In this document: one piece after another, positions 1 to 10,864 of the stretch
How positions within the stretch are numbered: the stretch's first letter is position 1
How the letters are laid out: each line of letters opens with the position of its first letter
From: an uncultured Verrucomicrobiae bacterium
GTDB taxonomy: Bacteria > Verrucomicrobiota > Verrucomicrobiia > Limisphaerales > UBA11358
DNA length: 64,000 bases
Assembly (NCBI GenBank): GCA_963754775.1
Contig: CAVWHM010000045.1
Coordinates: 134,494-198,493, forward strand
Direction of reading: 5' to 3'
The notes under the pieces: generated by a model
The model's database searches: none
Told to the model about the DNA's origin: nothing
The model's input: only the letters and a program-made list of their open reading frames with translations
Program-made: the position numbers and the translations under genes

Positions 1-1
1 C

Positions 2-1240
2 GGCGACCCGAACACGAACGGCACGGGCGGGCCGGTGTTTCGTTTTGACGATGAGTTTAATCCCCAGGCAATTTTCAGCGGCAACGGGCAACTGGCGATG
101 GCCAATTCCGGCAAGGACACCGACGGTTCGCAATTTTTCGTCACGTCCGGTCCGCAGCGGACCCTCGATTTTGGCTACACGCTGTTCGGTCAGTTGATCC
201 GCGGCTTCAACGTGCTCACCAACATCATCAACACGCCCGCCGACGCCAACAGCCGTCCGCTGGCCAATGTGATCATCACCCGGGCTTCAATCGTGCCCGA
301 TACCTCTGACACCGTCCTCACCCTCGCCGGCACCAACGCCGTCGGGGTCACGGGAACGATCAGCGTCATCGCCGATGACGGCGCGGGTGGGCACGCGACC
401 AACACGTTCACGGCCACCACGGTCAGCGACGCGGTCAATGATCCGCCGATTTTTTCCAACCCGGCCATTACGAACCGGATTGTTGCAACCGGCGGGAGAT
501 TGACAAATTTCATTTCCTCCCTGGACCTGGAGAACGACACGAAATACTTCGATGCTTATTTTGTCGACCAAAATGCGTTCAACAATTCAACCTTCGCACT
601 TTACCCCGGCACGAACGGGCAATTCATTTTGGTCCCCAATTCCGGTTATTCCGGGCCTCTAAATATCTACGTAGCCGTGGCGCCCGACTCAAGCTTTTCT
701 ACGTACGATTATCAGGTATTTACGATCGCCGTTGGCGACACGACAATTTCTGTGCTCCCCACCAACTTCACCGCAACAGCGCTCGTGCCATTCACCAACC
801 TGCTGCTGGCCACGTTCACGAATGGTGTGCCAAATAGCGCGACTAATAATTTCAGCGCCTTTATCAACTGGGGCGACAACTCGACCAATGGCGGGGTGAT
901 TGTGACCAATCTCGCCGGGCGGAAAGAGGTGCGCGGCTCGCACACCTACACCAACGCAGGGAATTATCCCGTTTATCTCAACGTCCAGAGCACGATCGGC
1001 GCGAGCGCGACTGTCGTGTGCACCGGCAGTGTTCCGCCGATGGTGAGTCTGGCGCGGACAGGCACGAACAATGTGGTCCGCTGGCCGGCCTGGGCGACCG
1101 ATTACGAGCTGCAATCCACCTCCAATGTCGCCGCGGCGAGCTGGCCGGCAGTCACCAATTTCACTGCGCTGAACGGCTACGACAGCGTCACTACCAACAG
1201 CACGACCAACGGTGCCTGTTTCTTCCGGCTGAAAAAATAA
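2..1240 (+). CDS. Secreted cyclophilin-type peptidyl-prolyl isomerase domain protein with Ig/PKD-like C-terminal domains (5' end off window)
   Basis: Frame is open from nt 2 (GDPNTNGTGGPVFRFDDEF). Cyclophilin signatures MANSGKDTDGSQFFV and FGQLIRGFNVL. PKD-like WGDNS...GSHTYTNAGNYPVYL. Stop at 1238-1240. Confidence 0.8.
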   Translation, partial: GDPNTNGTGGPVFRFDDEFNPQAIFSGNGQLAMANSGKDTDGSQFFVTSGPQRTLDFGYTLFGQLIRGFNVLTNIINTPADANSRPLANVIITRASIVPDTSDTVLTLAGTNAVGVTGTISVIADDGAGGHATNTFTATTVSDAVNDPPIFSNPAITNRIVATGGRLTNFISSLDLENDTKYFDAYFVDQNAFNNSTFALYPGTNGQFILVPNSGYSGPLNIYVAVAPDSSFSTYDYQVFTIAVGDTTISVLPTNFTATALVPFTNLLLATFTNGVPNSATNNFSAFINWGDNSTNGGVIVTNLAGRKEVRGSHTYTNAGNYPVYLNVQSTIGASATVVCTGSVPPMVSLARTGTNNVVRWPAWATDYELQSTSNVAAASWPAVTNFTALNGYDSVTTNSTTNGACFFRLKK

Positions 1241-1303
1241 GCGGGCGGGTGACGGATATGATTTTCGGCATTTGGCGGGAACGCATCCGAACGATTGTAC
1301 CAA

Positions 1304-1357
1304 CCGACGTAAGGAGACTCATTCTGCCTTCTGCATTTGAGATGAGCTTTACATCGG
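1304..1357. repeat. Degenerate palindromic element (CCGACGTAAGGAGACTC arm), related to the 29831 and 34556 elements
   Basis: Left arm ccgacgtaaggagactcat and right arm tttgagatgagctttacatcgg are imperfect reverse complements. Lies between convergent genes. Confidence 0.35.
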
Positions 1358-1390
1358 CAGCTACAGACAATCGGAATTGGCTTTGTGTCC

Positions 1391-2098
1391 TTATGGCCTG
1401 GTTGTGAAATCAGCTTTCAGCTTCTCCAATGCCCTGGCGCGGTGGCTCAATTTGTTTTTCACGTCTTCGCCCTGTTCTGCAAACGTCTGCTCGAAACCTT
1501 CCGGCACAAACAGCGGATCGTAGCCGAAACCGTTTTTCCCGCGCGGCTCAAAAAGAACCCTCCCTTCACAAACACCGTCGAACAATTCCGTCTGCATTTC
1601 AAATTCATCCGCGTAGCAGACCGGCGACGCGCTTTCGATCTTTTCCGGCAGCACCGGCGTCAACGCCAGCACGCAATGAAACCGCGCGGTGCGTTTTTCC
1701 ACGGGAACGTTCTTGAGCAGGCGCAACAATTTGCCGTTGTTGTCCGCGTCGGGGGTATTCGCGGACGAGCCGTCCGCGCTCCGGTCCAGCGCGGCAAAAC
1801 GCGCCGAATGCACGCCGGGCGCGCCGTTCAATGCATCCACTTCCAGACCGGAATCGTCGGCAAGAACGAAATCGGGTCTGGCATCTGGCGTCTGGGAGCT
1901 GGGGAATTGGCGTGGCAGCCACTTTGCAAGTTCAACGGCCTTTTTTGTCGCGTTGCCGGCGAACGTGTTGGCGTCTTCGACAACTTTCGGCGCGCCGGGA
2001 AAATCGTTGAGCGTGAGAAACTGAAACCTGTCGCCGAGGATGGCGCGGATTTCGCCCACCTTGTGGGCGTTGCGCGTGGCGATGAGCAACGTCGTCAT
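1391..2098 (-). CDS. rdgB: Non-canonical purine NTP pyrophosphatase (dITP/XTP pyrophosphatase, Ham1/RdgB family)
   Basis: 235-aa ORF. N-terminus MTTLLIATRNAHKVGEI and C-terminal FGYDPLFVPEG...SHRARAL are typical of RdgB. Confidence 0.9.
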   Translation of the reverse strand: MTTLLIATRNAHKVGEIRAILGDRFQFLTLNDFPGAPKVVEDANTFAGNATKKAVELAKWLPRQFPSSQTPDARPDFVLADDSGLEVDALNGAPGVHSARFAALDRSADGSSANTPDADNNGKLLRLLKNVPVEKRTARFHCVLALTPVLPEKIESASPVCYADEFEMQTELFDGVCEGRVLFEPRGKNGFGYDPLFVPEGFEQTFAEQGEDVKNKLSHRARALEKLKADFTTRP

Positions 2099-2168
2099 GC
2101 GCCAAGATTAGCGAAGTTTTTTTCGCTGGCGAGCTTGACGCAAAAAAATCCGGCGGCAGAATCACGCA

Positions 2169-4207
2169 ATGAATTCAGGCCTGGCTTTCGCACTCGTTCT
2201 CTCATCGGCCACGTTCACAACCGGAATTGTTTTCGCCGAAACTGTCTGGCTGGACGACTTGAATCTCGACTCTGCCACGCAAGGCTGGGGCGAGCCGCAC
2301 AAAAATAAATCCGTTGAAGGCCACCCTTTGACCATTGGCGGAAAGATTTCGCGCGGCTTTGGCACGCACGCGGAAAGCACGCTGCGCGTCAATCTGAATG
2401 GCGGCGCGCAGAAATTTTCCGCCAGCGTCGGCGTGGATGACGAGGTGAACAAGAATCCAGCGGCGAGCATTGAATTCATCGTGCGCGGCGATGGCAAGGT
2501 GCTTTGGAAGAGCGGCGTGATGAAGGCCGGCGACGCGGCCAAGGATTGCGAAGTTGACCTCGCCGGCGTGAAGTCGTTGGTGCTCGAAGTCAGCGGTGCG
2601 GGCGATGGAATCGATTTTGACCACGCGGACTGGGCGGACGCGAAATTTGAAACGGTTGCTGGCAAACCGACCACGGCTGCGGGCGAACAACCGCTGGCGC
2701 CGGTCGCCCCTTACATTCTCACCCCCGCCACGCCGGCCACGCCGCGCATCAACGGCCCGGACATCTTCGGCGTGCGGCCCGGTTCGCCGTTTCTGTTACA
2801 CGATTCCGGCGACGGGCGAGCGGCCCATGAAATTTTCCGCGAAAAATCTGCCGTGGGGATTGAAGGTGAATTCCAAAACCGGACGCCTCACCGGCAAATT
2901 GAAGAAAAGGGCGAGGTTGTCATCACGCTGGTCGCGCAGAATTCGTTCGGCAAGGCGGAGAAAACATTTCGCATCGTGGTGCGGCGACACGATCGCGCTG
3001 ACGCCGCCGATGGGTTGGAACAGTTGGAATTGTTTTGCCGGCGCGGTTTCCGAGGACAAGGTCAAACATGCGGCGGACGCGCTGGTAAAAAGTGGCCTCA
3101 TCCATCACGGCTGGACTTACATTAACGTGGACGATTACTGGCAGAATCATCGCGACTCCAAGGACCCCACTTTGCAAGGGCCTTTCCGCGACAAGCGCGG
3201 CCACGTCGTGCCCAATTCGCGTTTTCCCGACATGAAAGGTCTCGCCGATTACATTCACGGCCTCGGTTTGAAGGCCGGACTTTATTCCTCGCCCGGGCCG
3301 TGGACCTGCGGCGGTTGCACCGGAAGCTGGCAGCACGAGAAACAGGACGCGGAGACAATATGCGAAATGGGGCTTTGATTATTTGAAATACGACTGGTGC
3401 AGCTATGGCGAGCATCGCTTCCGGCGAAAGATCACGAATGTCGCCAAGGACATTCCGCTCTGGGGCAAAACCACGACCAACGACGCCGGCGCGATTTATC
3501 CCTACAAAGTCATGGGCGATTTTCTGCGCGAACAAAACCGCGACATCGTTTTCAGCCTTTGCCAATACGGCATGGCGGACGTTTGGAAATGGGGCGGCTT
3601 GGTGAATGGTAATTGCTGGCGCACCACCGGCGACATCACGGATACGTGGAAGAGCATGAGCGACATCGGCTTCAAGCAGGACAAGGCTGCGCCATTCGCG
3701 AAGCCCGGAAATTGGAACGATCCCGACATGCTCGTCGTCGGCGAAGTCGGCTGGGGCCATCTGCATCCGTCGCGTCTCACGCCGGACGAGCAATACACGC
3801 ACATCAGTCTGTGGTGTCTGCTGTCCGCGCCATTGCTCATCGGCTGCGACATGGAAAAATTCGACGACTTCACGCTGAATCTTTTGAGCAATGACGAAGT
3901 TCTCGCGCTGGATCAGGACGCGCTCGGCCAGGAGGCGACGTGCGTCGTCACCAACGGCGACGTGCGGGTTTATGAAAAGGAACTGGAGGATGGCGGGCGT
4001 GCTGTCGGGTTTTTCAATCTGGGATTGGAACCGGTGAAACTGGATTTCAAAGACTTCGCGAAGCTCGGCTTGACCGGACGGCAGCACGTGCGCGACCTGT
4101 GGCGGCAACGGGATTTGCCAGACATCAACGATCCCGCGACCGATTCATTCCCGGTCACGATTCCCGTCCATGGCGTGGTGCTTTGTAAATTCACCGCGGT
4201 GCGCTGA
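2169..4207 (+). pseudogene. NPCBM-domain + GH27 alpha-galactosidase, broken by at least 4 frame changes
   Basis: The protein is readable only by hopping frames. NPCBM-like N-terminus (LDSATQGWGEPHKNKSV) is in frame 0, YTIPATGERPMKFSAKNLP in frame 1, GEVVITLVAQNSFGKAEKTFRIVV in frame 0, GDTIALTPPMGWNSWNCF...DYIHGLGLKAGLYSSPG in frame 1, and YAKWGFDYLKYDWC...CWRTTGDI to the end in frame 2. Shifts are near 2796, 2905, 2981 and 3357, mostly at short homopolymers. Confidence 0.8.
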
Positions 4208-4226
4208 CAATCTGAACTTCCGATAG

Positions 4227-4272
4227 CCTGCCTGACTCTGATCAAATGGAGACAGGCGGGACGCCTGTCCCG
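4227..4272. repeat. REP-like element, CCTGCCTGACTC box plus hairpin (copy 1 of 3)
   Basis: cctgcctgactctgatcaaatggagacaggcgggacgcctgtc. Perfect 8-bp stem gacaggcg/cgcctgtc at 4251-4269. Lies between convergent genes. Confidence 0.6.
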
Positions 4273-4280
4273 CGTTTGAC

Positions 4281-5081
4281 TCATTTGCGCTCCGAAGGCA
4301 GGTTCGTTTGCCAGAAGGTGATTGCTTCTTTCCAGAATTTCGACGGTTGTTCACCTGATTCCACAATGTCCAGCCGTCAGAAAATTCCCAAAGCTTTTTG
4401 GGACCGGCATAGCCGTTGTAAAGACGAAGACCAAATTTTTCCGGAACCGAGGTCGTCTCTGCCACCAACCGTTATTCCGACTTTGCCATGATAACAGCGG
4501 AGATATTTTTCTGAAGGAAAACGATCCGCGAGCAATAACCGAACGGGCAGCAGCGGATAGTGGTCTCTGCGCGACATCGGTCAAACGGTTGAAAGGTGAA
4601 ATCAAAATGACGCCTGCGATTTTGTTGGAATAAGTCCCCGCCAAATACGTGGCAACGCCGGTGCCGAGCGATTCGCCAACGAGATAAATCGGCTGGTTAG
4701 TGGAAAGCAGTGTGAAATGCTTCATCAGCCGCAGTGAACAAACTGTTCTGGCTCGGCGAACCAGGACGATCCTCATAGCCGGGATATTCCAGGATGAAAA
4801 CGTCAAACGCAGCCACACTTTGAATGTCATTCGCGTAATGGCTCACAGCCAATCGCCGTGCTGCCGTTGCCATACATGATCATGACTGTTCCTTCCGCCG
4901 GTTGCCTGGGCGAAAGGCGTTTCAGTCCGATGAACTCGCCGGCTGAATTTGTCCAGCGTTCCAGCCGCGCGGATTGCGCCATTTGATCCACCTGTTCCCG
5001 GGTAAAAACAGAAGGAAAATAAATGAGTGAGCGTTGCAAAATGGCCATGGCCACACAAACGAGCAAGATAAAGCGAACCAC
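4281..5081 (-). pseudogene. Alpha/beta hydrolase (GESLG nucleophile elbow), split over three frames
   Basis: N-terminus is ORF 4827-5081. The core with LVGESLGTGVATYLAG is ORF 4351-4830. The PEKFGLRLYNGYAGPKKLWEFSDG segment is ORF 4145-4468. AGHCGI and ESGEQPSKFWKEAITFWQTNLPSERK* lie in further frames, with the stop at 4281-4283. Confidence 0.6.
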
Positions 5082-5254
5082 AAACCAACAGCAGCAGCCA
5101 AACGACGCGACTTAAGACTACGGGCTTTGGCCGTTGACTTGTTTGATTCATGCGGTGCAATTACCACAATTCAACTTCAGGGAACAAATTGAAAATTTTG
5201 ATGGAACATTGAAAAAGGAAATGGCTTCCCGTCCGTTTGCAAACACCGGCCAGA

Positions 5255-5305
5255 CATCCTGCCTGACTCTAACCAATTGGAAACAGGCGGGACGCTTGCC
5301 CTGCG
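5255..5305. repeat. REP-like CCTGCCTGACTC element (copy 2)
   Basis: catcctgcctgactctaaccaattggaaacaggcgggacgcttgcc is near-identical in layout to 4227-4272. Confidence 0.55.
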
Positions 5306-5313
5306 CCCAAACT

Positions 5314-6198
5314 TCAAACTCCAATCAACGCCGCGCCGATGACCCCGGCGGAATCACCAAGCTGATGTTTGACGATGGGCGTTTCGAGGCAATCGCTGAA
5401 AACGTGCCGCGCGATTTCCGCGACGCCTTCCGTGTAGAGCGCATCGAAATTTGAGACGCCCCCGCCAAGCACGACCACGTCCGGGTCCAGCACGTCAATG
5501 AGATTGGCCAGCGAACGGCCAAAGTGGCGGAAGAAAATTTTCATGAACGCCACCGCCTTCGTATCGCCGGCCTGGTAATCCTTCACGATTTCCTTGAACG
5601 ACCGTTTCGCTCCGAACTGTTCGGCGTAGCGCGCCTCCAGTCCGCCGCCGCTGATGTACGTCTCCACGCAACCGCGCTGACCACAGTAGCACAACGGACC
5701 GTCCGGGGCGATGGACATGTGGCCCCATTCGCCGGCGATGGCCTGCGGGCCGGTGATGACCTCGCCTTGGTAAACAATTCCCCCGCCACAGCCCGTGCCC
5801 ATGATGACGCCAAAAACCAGTTTCTTTCCCCGGCCCGCGCCGTGCAGCGCCTCGGCCATGGCGAAACAATTCGCGTCGTTCTGGATTTCGATTTTTCGGC
5901 CGAGCATCCGTTCGAGGTCGGTTTTCAACGGCTGGCCGTTCATGCAGACGGTGTTGGAATTTTTCAGCAGGCCGGTGCGCGGCGAGATGGCTCCGGGCGT
6001 GCCGATGCCGAACGTGTGTGGTTGTGATTGAACATGTGCGGCCAGTTCGTCATACAGCCCTTTGAGGCGGCTCAGGATGTGGGCATAACCTTTTTCCTGC
6101 TGTGTCTCCACGCGCTTGCGGAAAAGTTCGCGGCCAGAGGCCTCGAGGACGATGCCTTCAATCTTCGTGCCGCCCAGGTCTATGCCCATGCGAAACAT
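5314..6198 (-). CDS. ROK-family sugar kinase (NagK/Mak-like)
   Basis: 294 aa. GIDLGGTKIEG ATP-binding N-terminus, NDANCFAMAEA, the zinc motif GHMSI...CYCGQRGCVETYISG, and the same overall layout as E. coli NagK. Confidence 0.85.
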   Translation of the reverse strand: MFRMGIDLGGTKIEGIVLEASGRELFRKRVETQQEKGYAHILSRLKGLYDELAAHVQSQPHTFGIGTPGAISPRTGLLKNSNTVCMNGQPLKTDLERMLGRKIEIQNDANCFAMAEALHGAGRGKKLVFGVIMGTGCGGGIVYQGEVITGPQAIAGEWGHMSIAPDGPLCYCGQRGCVETYISGGGLEARYAEQFGAKRSFKEIVKDYQAGDTKAVAFMKIFFRHFGRSLANLIDVLDPDVVVLGGGVSNFDALYTEGVAEIARHVFSDCLETPIVKHQLGDSAGVIGAALIGV

Positions 6199-6362
6199 GT
6201 TTTCACATCTTCCGCAATGGCGGCGAACTGTTCAAGGGCGTAACGATAATCGGTATCTTGCCCGATGAACCGTGTCTCTCGCGCGCCAATTATTGTGGAT
6301 GCGAGCCGAGAGTTTTCACAGACCACGGCTTGACCGCGACGGCAAAAACCGGTTTGCTTTTC

Positions 6363-7589
6363 ATGGACACGTTTATGAGTTCAGCCAAACCTCCGCTCGA
6401 TGGTTTGCGGATCGAACGCAGCGCAGAGCAGAAACCACAATCCAAAATGGGGTTGGCCGTTGCTGCGGCCGCGATTTTGATGGTGACGTGCGCAGCGCTT
6501 TGGTGGCATTCAGGTTCGGACGCCGTCGCAGTGCGGACGGCGGTGGCGCGCGATGCCGCCGGCGGCACCGGAGAACGAACCGTGTTGAACGCCTCCGGCT
6601 ACGTCACCGCCCGGCGGGAGGCAACAGTTTCCTCCAAAGTCACCGGCAAGGTTACGGAAGTGCTCATCGAGGAGGGCATGAAGGTCAAAGCCGGCCAGGT
6701 CGTGGCGCGGCTGGATGATTCCAATGTCAAGGCCAGCCTCGAGGTGGCCCAGGCCCAGTTGGCGTCGGCGCAGGCCGCGCTGGCGGAGACCGAGGCGCAA
6801 CTCAAGGACGCGGACCAGGAATTTCAACGCACGACCGCGCTGGCCAAACAGCACATCGCGTCGCAATCCGACCTGGACCTGGCCGAGTCGAATGCCAAAG
6901 CGTTGCAGGCACACCTGGCGCAACAGAAGCTCGACGTCGTCGTCGCGGAACGCCAGGTGGCCGAGTGGCAGCAGCAGATGGATGACATGGTCATCTGCGC
7001 GCCGTTTGACGGCGTGATCACCACCAAGGATGCGCAGCCGGGAGAAATGATTTCGCCGGTCTCAGCCGGCGGCGGTTTCACGCGCACGGGCATCGGGACG
7101 ATCGTGGACATGAACTCGCTGGAAATTGAAATTGACGTCAACGAAAGCTACATCAACCGGGTGGAGCCGGGCCAGCCGGTCGAAGCGACGCTGGACGCCT
7201 ATCCCGACTGGAAAATTCCCTGCAAGGTCATCGCCACCATCCCGACCGCCGACCGGGAAAAGTCCACCGTCAAAGTGCGCGTCGGTTTTGACCAGCTCGA
7301 TCCGCGCATTCTGCCGGACATGTCGGTGAAGGTGGCCTTCCGCGGTGTCAGCGGAGCAACCGCAGCCCGCGCGGTGGTGGTACCGAAAAGCGCCGTGCAA
7401 AATCAGGACGGGCGCGACGTGGTGTTTGTCGTCCAAGGCGGCCGCGCCGAACGTCGCGCGGTCACTGTCAGCGACACGCAGGGTGACGACTCGGTGTTGA
7501 GCGCAGGCGTGTCCGGTGGAGAAAAAGTCATCGTGGACGCGCCGGCCGGTTTAACCGATGGCACGAAGGTGAAAGAGGTAAAGCCGTGA
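6363..7589 (+). CDS. Efflux transporter periplasmic adaptor (HlyD/MacA family)
   Basis: The long ORF was trimmed to the ATG at 6363 (MDTFMSSAK). TM anchor, coiled-coil region rich in AQAQLA repeats, and beta-barrel/lipoyl-like segments. Sits upstream of the ABC ATPase and permeases. Confidence 0.85.
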   Translation: MDTFMSSAKPPLDGLRIERSAEQKPQSKMGLAVAAAAILMVTCAALWWHSGSDAVAVRTAVARDAAGGTGERTVLNASGYVTARREATVSSKVTGKVTEVLIEEGMKVKAGQVVARLDDSNVKASLEVAQAQLASAQAALAETEAQLKDADQEFQRTTALAKQHIASQSDLDLAESNAKALQAHLAQQKLDVVVAERQVAEWQQQMDDMVICAPFDGVITTKDAQPGEMISPVSAGGGFTRTGIGTIVDMNSLEIEIDVNESYINRVEPGQPVEATLDAYPDWKIPCKVIATIPTADREKSTVKVRVGFDQLDPRILPDMSVKVAFRGVSGATAARAVVVPKSAVQNQDGRDVVFVVQGGRAERRAVTVSDTQGDDSVLSAGVSGGEKVIVDAPAGLTDGTKVKEVKP

Positions 7590-7659
7590 GACATGGAAAT
7601 CGGTCGCCGTTTTGTATTTGGCTTCGCAACCACGAATGTGAAACGCTATTGAGTGAATA

Positions 7660-8361
7660 ATGAATGCTCAAGGTAACAGTACCCTGGTGAACGTTGACGG
7701 AGTGGAAAAAGTCTTTCATCGCGGCTCGGAAGACATACACGTTCTGGCGGACCTGCATTTGCAGGCGTCCGCCGGCGAATTCCTCGCGTTGATGGGGCCG
7801 TCGGGTTCCGGCAAGACCACGCTCTTGAATTTGATCGGCGGCCTCGACCGCCCGACGAAAGGCGCGGTCACGGTCGCCGGCGAACGCCTCGATCAATTGT
7901 CCGATCGCCGGCTGGCCGGGTGGCGCGCGCGGCACGTCGGCTTCGTTTTCCAGCTTTACAACCTGATGCCGGTGCTGACCGCGGAGCGAAACGTGGAACT
8001 GCCGCTGCTGCTGACGCACCTTTCCGGGACGGAGCGGCAGAAACACGTGGAAACGGCGCTCGCGGTGGTGGGACTGTCGCATCGCGCGAAACATTATCCG
8101 CGGACGCTTTCGGGCGGCGAACAACAGCGCGTGGGCATCGCCCGCGGCATTGTTACCGACCCGACGCTGTTGCTCTGCGACGAACCGACCGGTGACCTTG
8201 ACCGCAAGGCCGGCAACGAAATCCTGGACTTGCTTCAGGCACTGAACCGGGAGCACGGCAAGACCATCATCATGGTCACGCACGATCCACACGCCTCGGC
8301 GCGCGCGTCGCGGACGGTATATCTGGACAAAGGACAATTGAGCAATGAACCGGTGAAATGA
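7660..8361 (+). CDS. ABC transporter ATP-binding protein (MacB/LolD-type)
   Basis: Walker [10 protein letters not shown], signature [14 protein letters not shown], Walker [13 protein letters not shown]. Confidence 0.9.
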   Translation: MNAQGNSTLVNVDGVEKVFHRGSEDIHVLADLHLQASAGEFLALMGPSGSGKTTLLNLIGGLDRPTKGAVTVAGERLDQLSDRRLAGWRARHVGFVFQLYNLMPVLTAERNVELPLLLTHLSGTERQKHVETALAVVGLSHRAKHYPRTLSGGEQQRVGIARGIVTDPTLLLCDEPTGDLDRKAGNEILDLLQALNREHGKTIIMVTHDPHASARASRTVYLDKGQLSNEPVK

Positions 8362-9515
8362 AATTTGTTCACCTTATCTGGTGCAATCTGAAGCGGAAAA
8401 AGTTGCGCACGTCGCTGACGCTGCTGTCCATTGTCGTGGCGTTCGTCCTGTTCGGATTTCTTTCGGCAATCCAGCAGGCACTGGTCGGCGGCGTGGAACT
8501 GGCGGGCGCAGACCGGTTGATCGTCCGCCAAAAGGTGTCCATCATCAACCTCCTGCCGGTCAGTTACGAAGCGCGGATGGACCGGATCCCCGGCGTGGAT
8601 TTCGCCACGCACCAGACCTGGTTCGGCGGCATTTACCAGGATCCGAAAAATTTCTTCATGCAAAACCCCGTCGAGCCGGAGAAATTTCTCAAGATGCATC
8701 CCGAAATCGTCCTGCCGCCGGAACAGGAGAAAGCCTGGCTGGCAACGTGGACGGGCGCGATTGTCGGACGGCGGACGGCGAACCGCTTTCATTGGAAAAT
8801 CGGGGACAAGGTCCCGATTCAATCAACCATTTGGACGAGGCCGGACGGAAGCCGCACCTGGGAATTTGACATCGTGGGCATTTACGACGGGAAAGACAAG
8901 GGCACCGACACCACCCCGGTGTTCTTCCGTTATGATTACTTCGACGAAGCGCGGCAGGCCTGGGGCAAGGGACAGGTCGGCTGGTACACCATCCGCATCA
9001 AAGACCCGTCACAAGCGGCGGAAGTGGCCAAACGGGTGGATGAGGAATTTGAAAATTCGCCGGCGGAAACCAAGACGGAGCCGGAAGGCGCGTTCATTCA
9101 AGGCTGGGCCAAGGCAATTGGCAACATCGTCTTCATCGTCGCGGCGATCCTTTCCGCGGTGTTCTTCACCATCCTGCTCGTGACCGGCAACACCATGGCG
9201 CAGGCTGTGCGCGAACGGACCGGCGAGTTGGGCGTGCTCAAGGCGATTGGCTTTACCAATGCCCAAATCGTGTCGTTCGTGCTCGCCGAGTCGTGCCTGC
9301 TCACCGTGCTGGGCGGAGCGCTTGGCCTCGGACTGGCGTGGCTGATGATTTCGCGCGGCGACCCCACGGGCGGCCTGCTCCCCATGTTCTTTTTACCGAA
9401 GCGCGACCTGCTCATCGGCCTGGGCCTCAGCGTCGCGCTGGGCTTCGTCACTGGAATTTTTCCCGCGCTGCAGGCCATGCGCCTGCGCGTCGCGGACGCC
9501 TTGAGGAGAATGTAA
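8358..9515 (+). CDS. ABC transporter permease, FtsX/MacB-like
   Basis: 385 aa. N-terminal TM, periplasmic domain, C-terminal FtsX-type 3-TM bundle (ERTGELGVLKAIGF). Start overlaps the ATPase stop. Confidence 0.85.
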   Translation: MKFVHLIWCNLKRKKLRTSLTLLSIVVAFVLFGFLSAIQQALVGGVELAGADRLIVRQKVSIINLLPVSYEARMDRIPGVDFATHQTWFGGIYQDPKNFFMQNPVEPEKFLKMHPEIVLPPEQEKAWLATWTGAIVGRRTANRFHWKIGDKVPIQSTIWTRPDGSRTWEFDIVGIYDGKDKGTDTTPVFFRYDYFDEARQAWGKGQVGWYTIRIKDPSQAAEVAKRVDEEFENSPAETKTEPEGAFIQGWAKAIGNIVFIVAAILSAVFFTILLVTGNTMAQAVRERTGELGVLKAIGFTNAQIVSFVLAESCLLTVLGGALGLGLAWLMISRGDPTGGLLPMFFLPKRDLLIGLGLSVALGFVTGIFPALQAMRLRVADALRRM

Positions 9516-9545
9516 TATGATTTTCCAAAATAATTTCCCATTCAT

Positions 9546-9597
9546 GGTAGGGGCGGCGCGCCGCGCCGACCGGACGCCGCAGCGCGGCTTCCCTACC
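9546..9597. repeat. REP-like palindrome bounded by GGTAGGG...CCCTACC (copy 1)
   Basis: ggtaggggcggcgcgccgcgccgaccggacgccgcagcgcggcttccctacc. Termini are reverse complements. Intergenic between the two permease genes. Confidence 0.55.
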
Positions 9598-9614
9598 TTT
9601 CCAGAAATTCACAT

Positions 9615-10820
9615 TTGATTATGGCCGGCCCCATCAACTGGCTTTCCCAAATTGCTTCCATCACGAAGTTCGGTTTGATGAGCATTCCGCAACGGCGCGG
9701 CGCGGTCACGGCCACAATCATCGGCATCGCCGGCGTCGTCGCCGTGCTCGTGGGCGTGCTCTCCATCGCGGCGGGTTTCCGGCAGGCCATGACCGTTTCC
9801 GGCGCGCCCGACGGCGCGATTGTTTTGCGCAGCGGCGCGGACAGCGAAATGGTCAGCGGCTTCGGGCGCGACGAGACGCGTGTCATCGCCGACGCCCCGG
9901 GAGTGGCGCGCAACGCACAAGGCCCGCTCGCGTCCGCGGAATTGTTTGTCATCATCAACCTGCCCAAGCGCTCCACCGGCACGGATGCCAACGTCCCGTT
10001 GCGCGGGGTGGAACCCGCGGCGTTGCTGGTGCGCGACAATTTGAAAATCATCCAGGGCCGGATGTTTGATTGGGGCAAGGACGAAGTGATCGTCGGCCGC
10101 GGCGCTGCCCAGGAATTCGCCGGGCTGGACGCCGGTTCGAAAATAAAAGTAGGGCGGTACGAATGGCCGGTCGTCGGCATTTTTTCGGCCAACGGCGGCG
10201 TTGCGGAATCTGAAATCTGGACCGACGCGAAGGTGTTGCAGGACGCGTATAATCGCGGTGACTCGTTTCAGTCCGTCTCCGTAAGGCTCAATTCGCCGGG
10301 CGCGTTTCAGGCATTCAAGGATTCATTGACTGCGAATCCGCAATTGAGCGTGAAAGTCGTCCGGCAATCCGAGTATTACGCCCAACAATCCGAAACCATC
10401 ACGCGGTTGATCACGACGCTCGGTTTTCTCATCGCGTTCTTAATGGCCATCGGCGCGGTATTCGGCGCGCTGAACACGATGTATAGCGCAGTCGCGGCGC
10501 GGACGCGGGAGATCGCCACGTTGCGGGCGCTCGGCTTCGGCGGCAGCGCGGTGGTGGTGTCGTTGATGCTCGAATCATTGGTGCTGGCGCTGGTCGGCGG
10601 CGCCGTCGGCGGCGGCCTGGCCTATCTCGCCTTCAATAATTTCCACACCTCGACGATGAACTGGCAAAGCTTCAGCCAGATCACGTTCGCCTTCAGGGTC
10701 ACGCCGCAATTGCTGGTGCGCGGGGTGGTCTGGGCGGCGGTCATCGGCTTGATTGGCGGCTTGTTCCCGGCCATTCGCGCGGCGCGGCTGCCCATCGCAT
10801 CGGCATTGCGGGAACTGTGA
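9615..10820 (+). CDS. ABC transporter permease, FtsX/MacB-like (second copy)
   Basis: 401 aa with the same architecture (ARTREIATLRALGF motif). Confidence 0.85.
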   Translation: MIMAGPINWLSQIASITKFGLMSIPQRRGAVTATIIGIAGVVAVLVGVLSIAAGFRQAMTVSGAPDGAIVLRSGADSEMVSGFGRDETRVIADAPGVARNAQGPLASAELFVIINLPKRSTGTDANVPLRGVEPAALLVRDNLKIIQGRMFDWGKDEVIVGRGAAQEFAGLDAGSKIKVGRYEWPVVGIFSANGGVAESEIWTDAKVLQDAYNRGDSFQSVSVRLNSPGAFQAFKDSLTANPQLSVKVVRQSEYYAQQSETITRLITTLGFLIAFLMAIGAVFGALNTMYSAVAARTREIATLRALGFGGSAVVVSLMLESLVLALVGGAVGGGLAYLAFNNFHTSTMNWQSFSQITFAFRVTPQLLVRGVVWAAVIGLIGGLFPAIRAARLPIASALREL

Positions 10821-10830
10821 GAATTAAAAC

Positions 10831-10852
10831 GGCGAACGGTTTCCCGTTCGCC
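10831..10852. terminator. Hairpin between convergent genes (likely bidirectional terminator)
   Basis: ggcgaacgg-tttc-ccgttcgcc: perfect 9-bp stem with a 4-nt loop. A T-rich tract follows on the minus strand. Confidence 0.5.
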
Positions 10853-10864
10853 TTCAAATGCACA

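Noticed and set aside
3122-4108. Long antisense/shadow ORFs (for example 3122-4108 -, 7528-8337 -, 10817-11689 +, 20204-20962 +, 35181-36239 -, 38169-39317 +, 40591-41484 +, 43345-44289 +, 44375-45925 +, 59347-60351 +, 60450-61622 -)
   Set aside because: Each lies opposite or out of frame to a gene with strong family signatures. Their products are Arg/Gly/Ala/Pro-rich low-complexity sequence, typical of non-coding frames in high-GC DNA.
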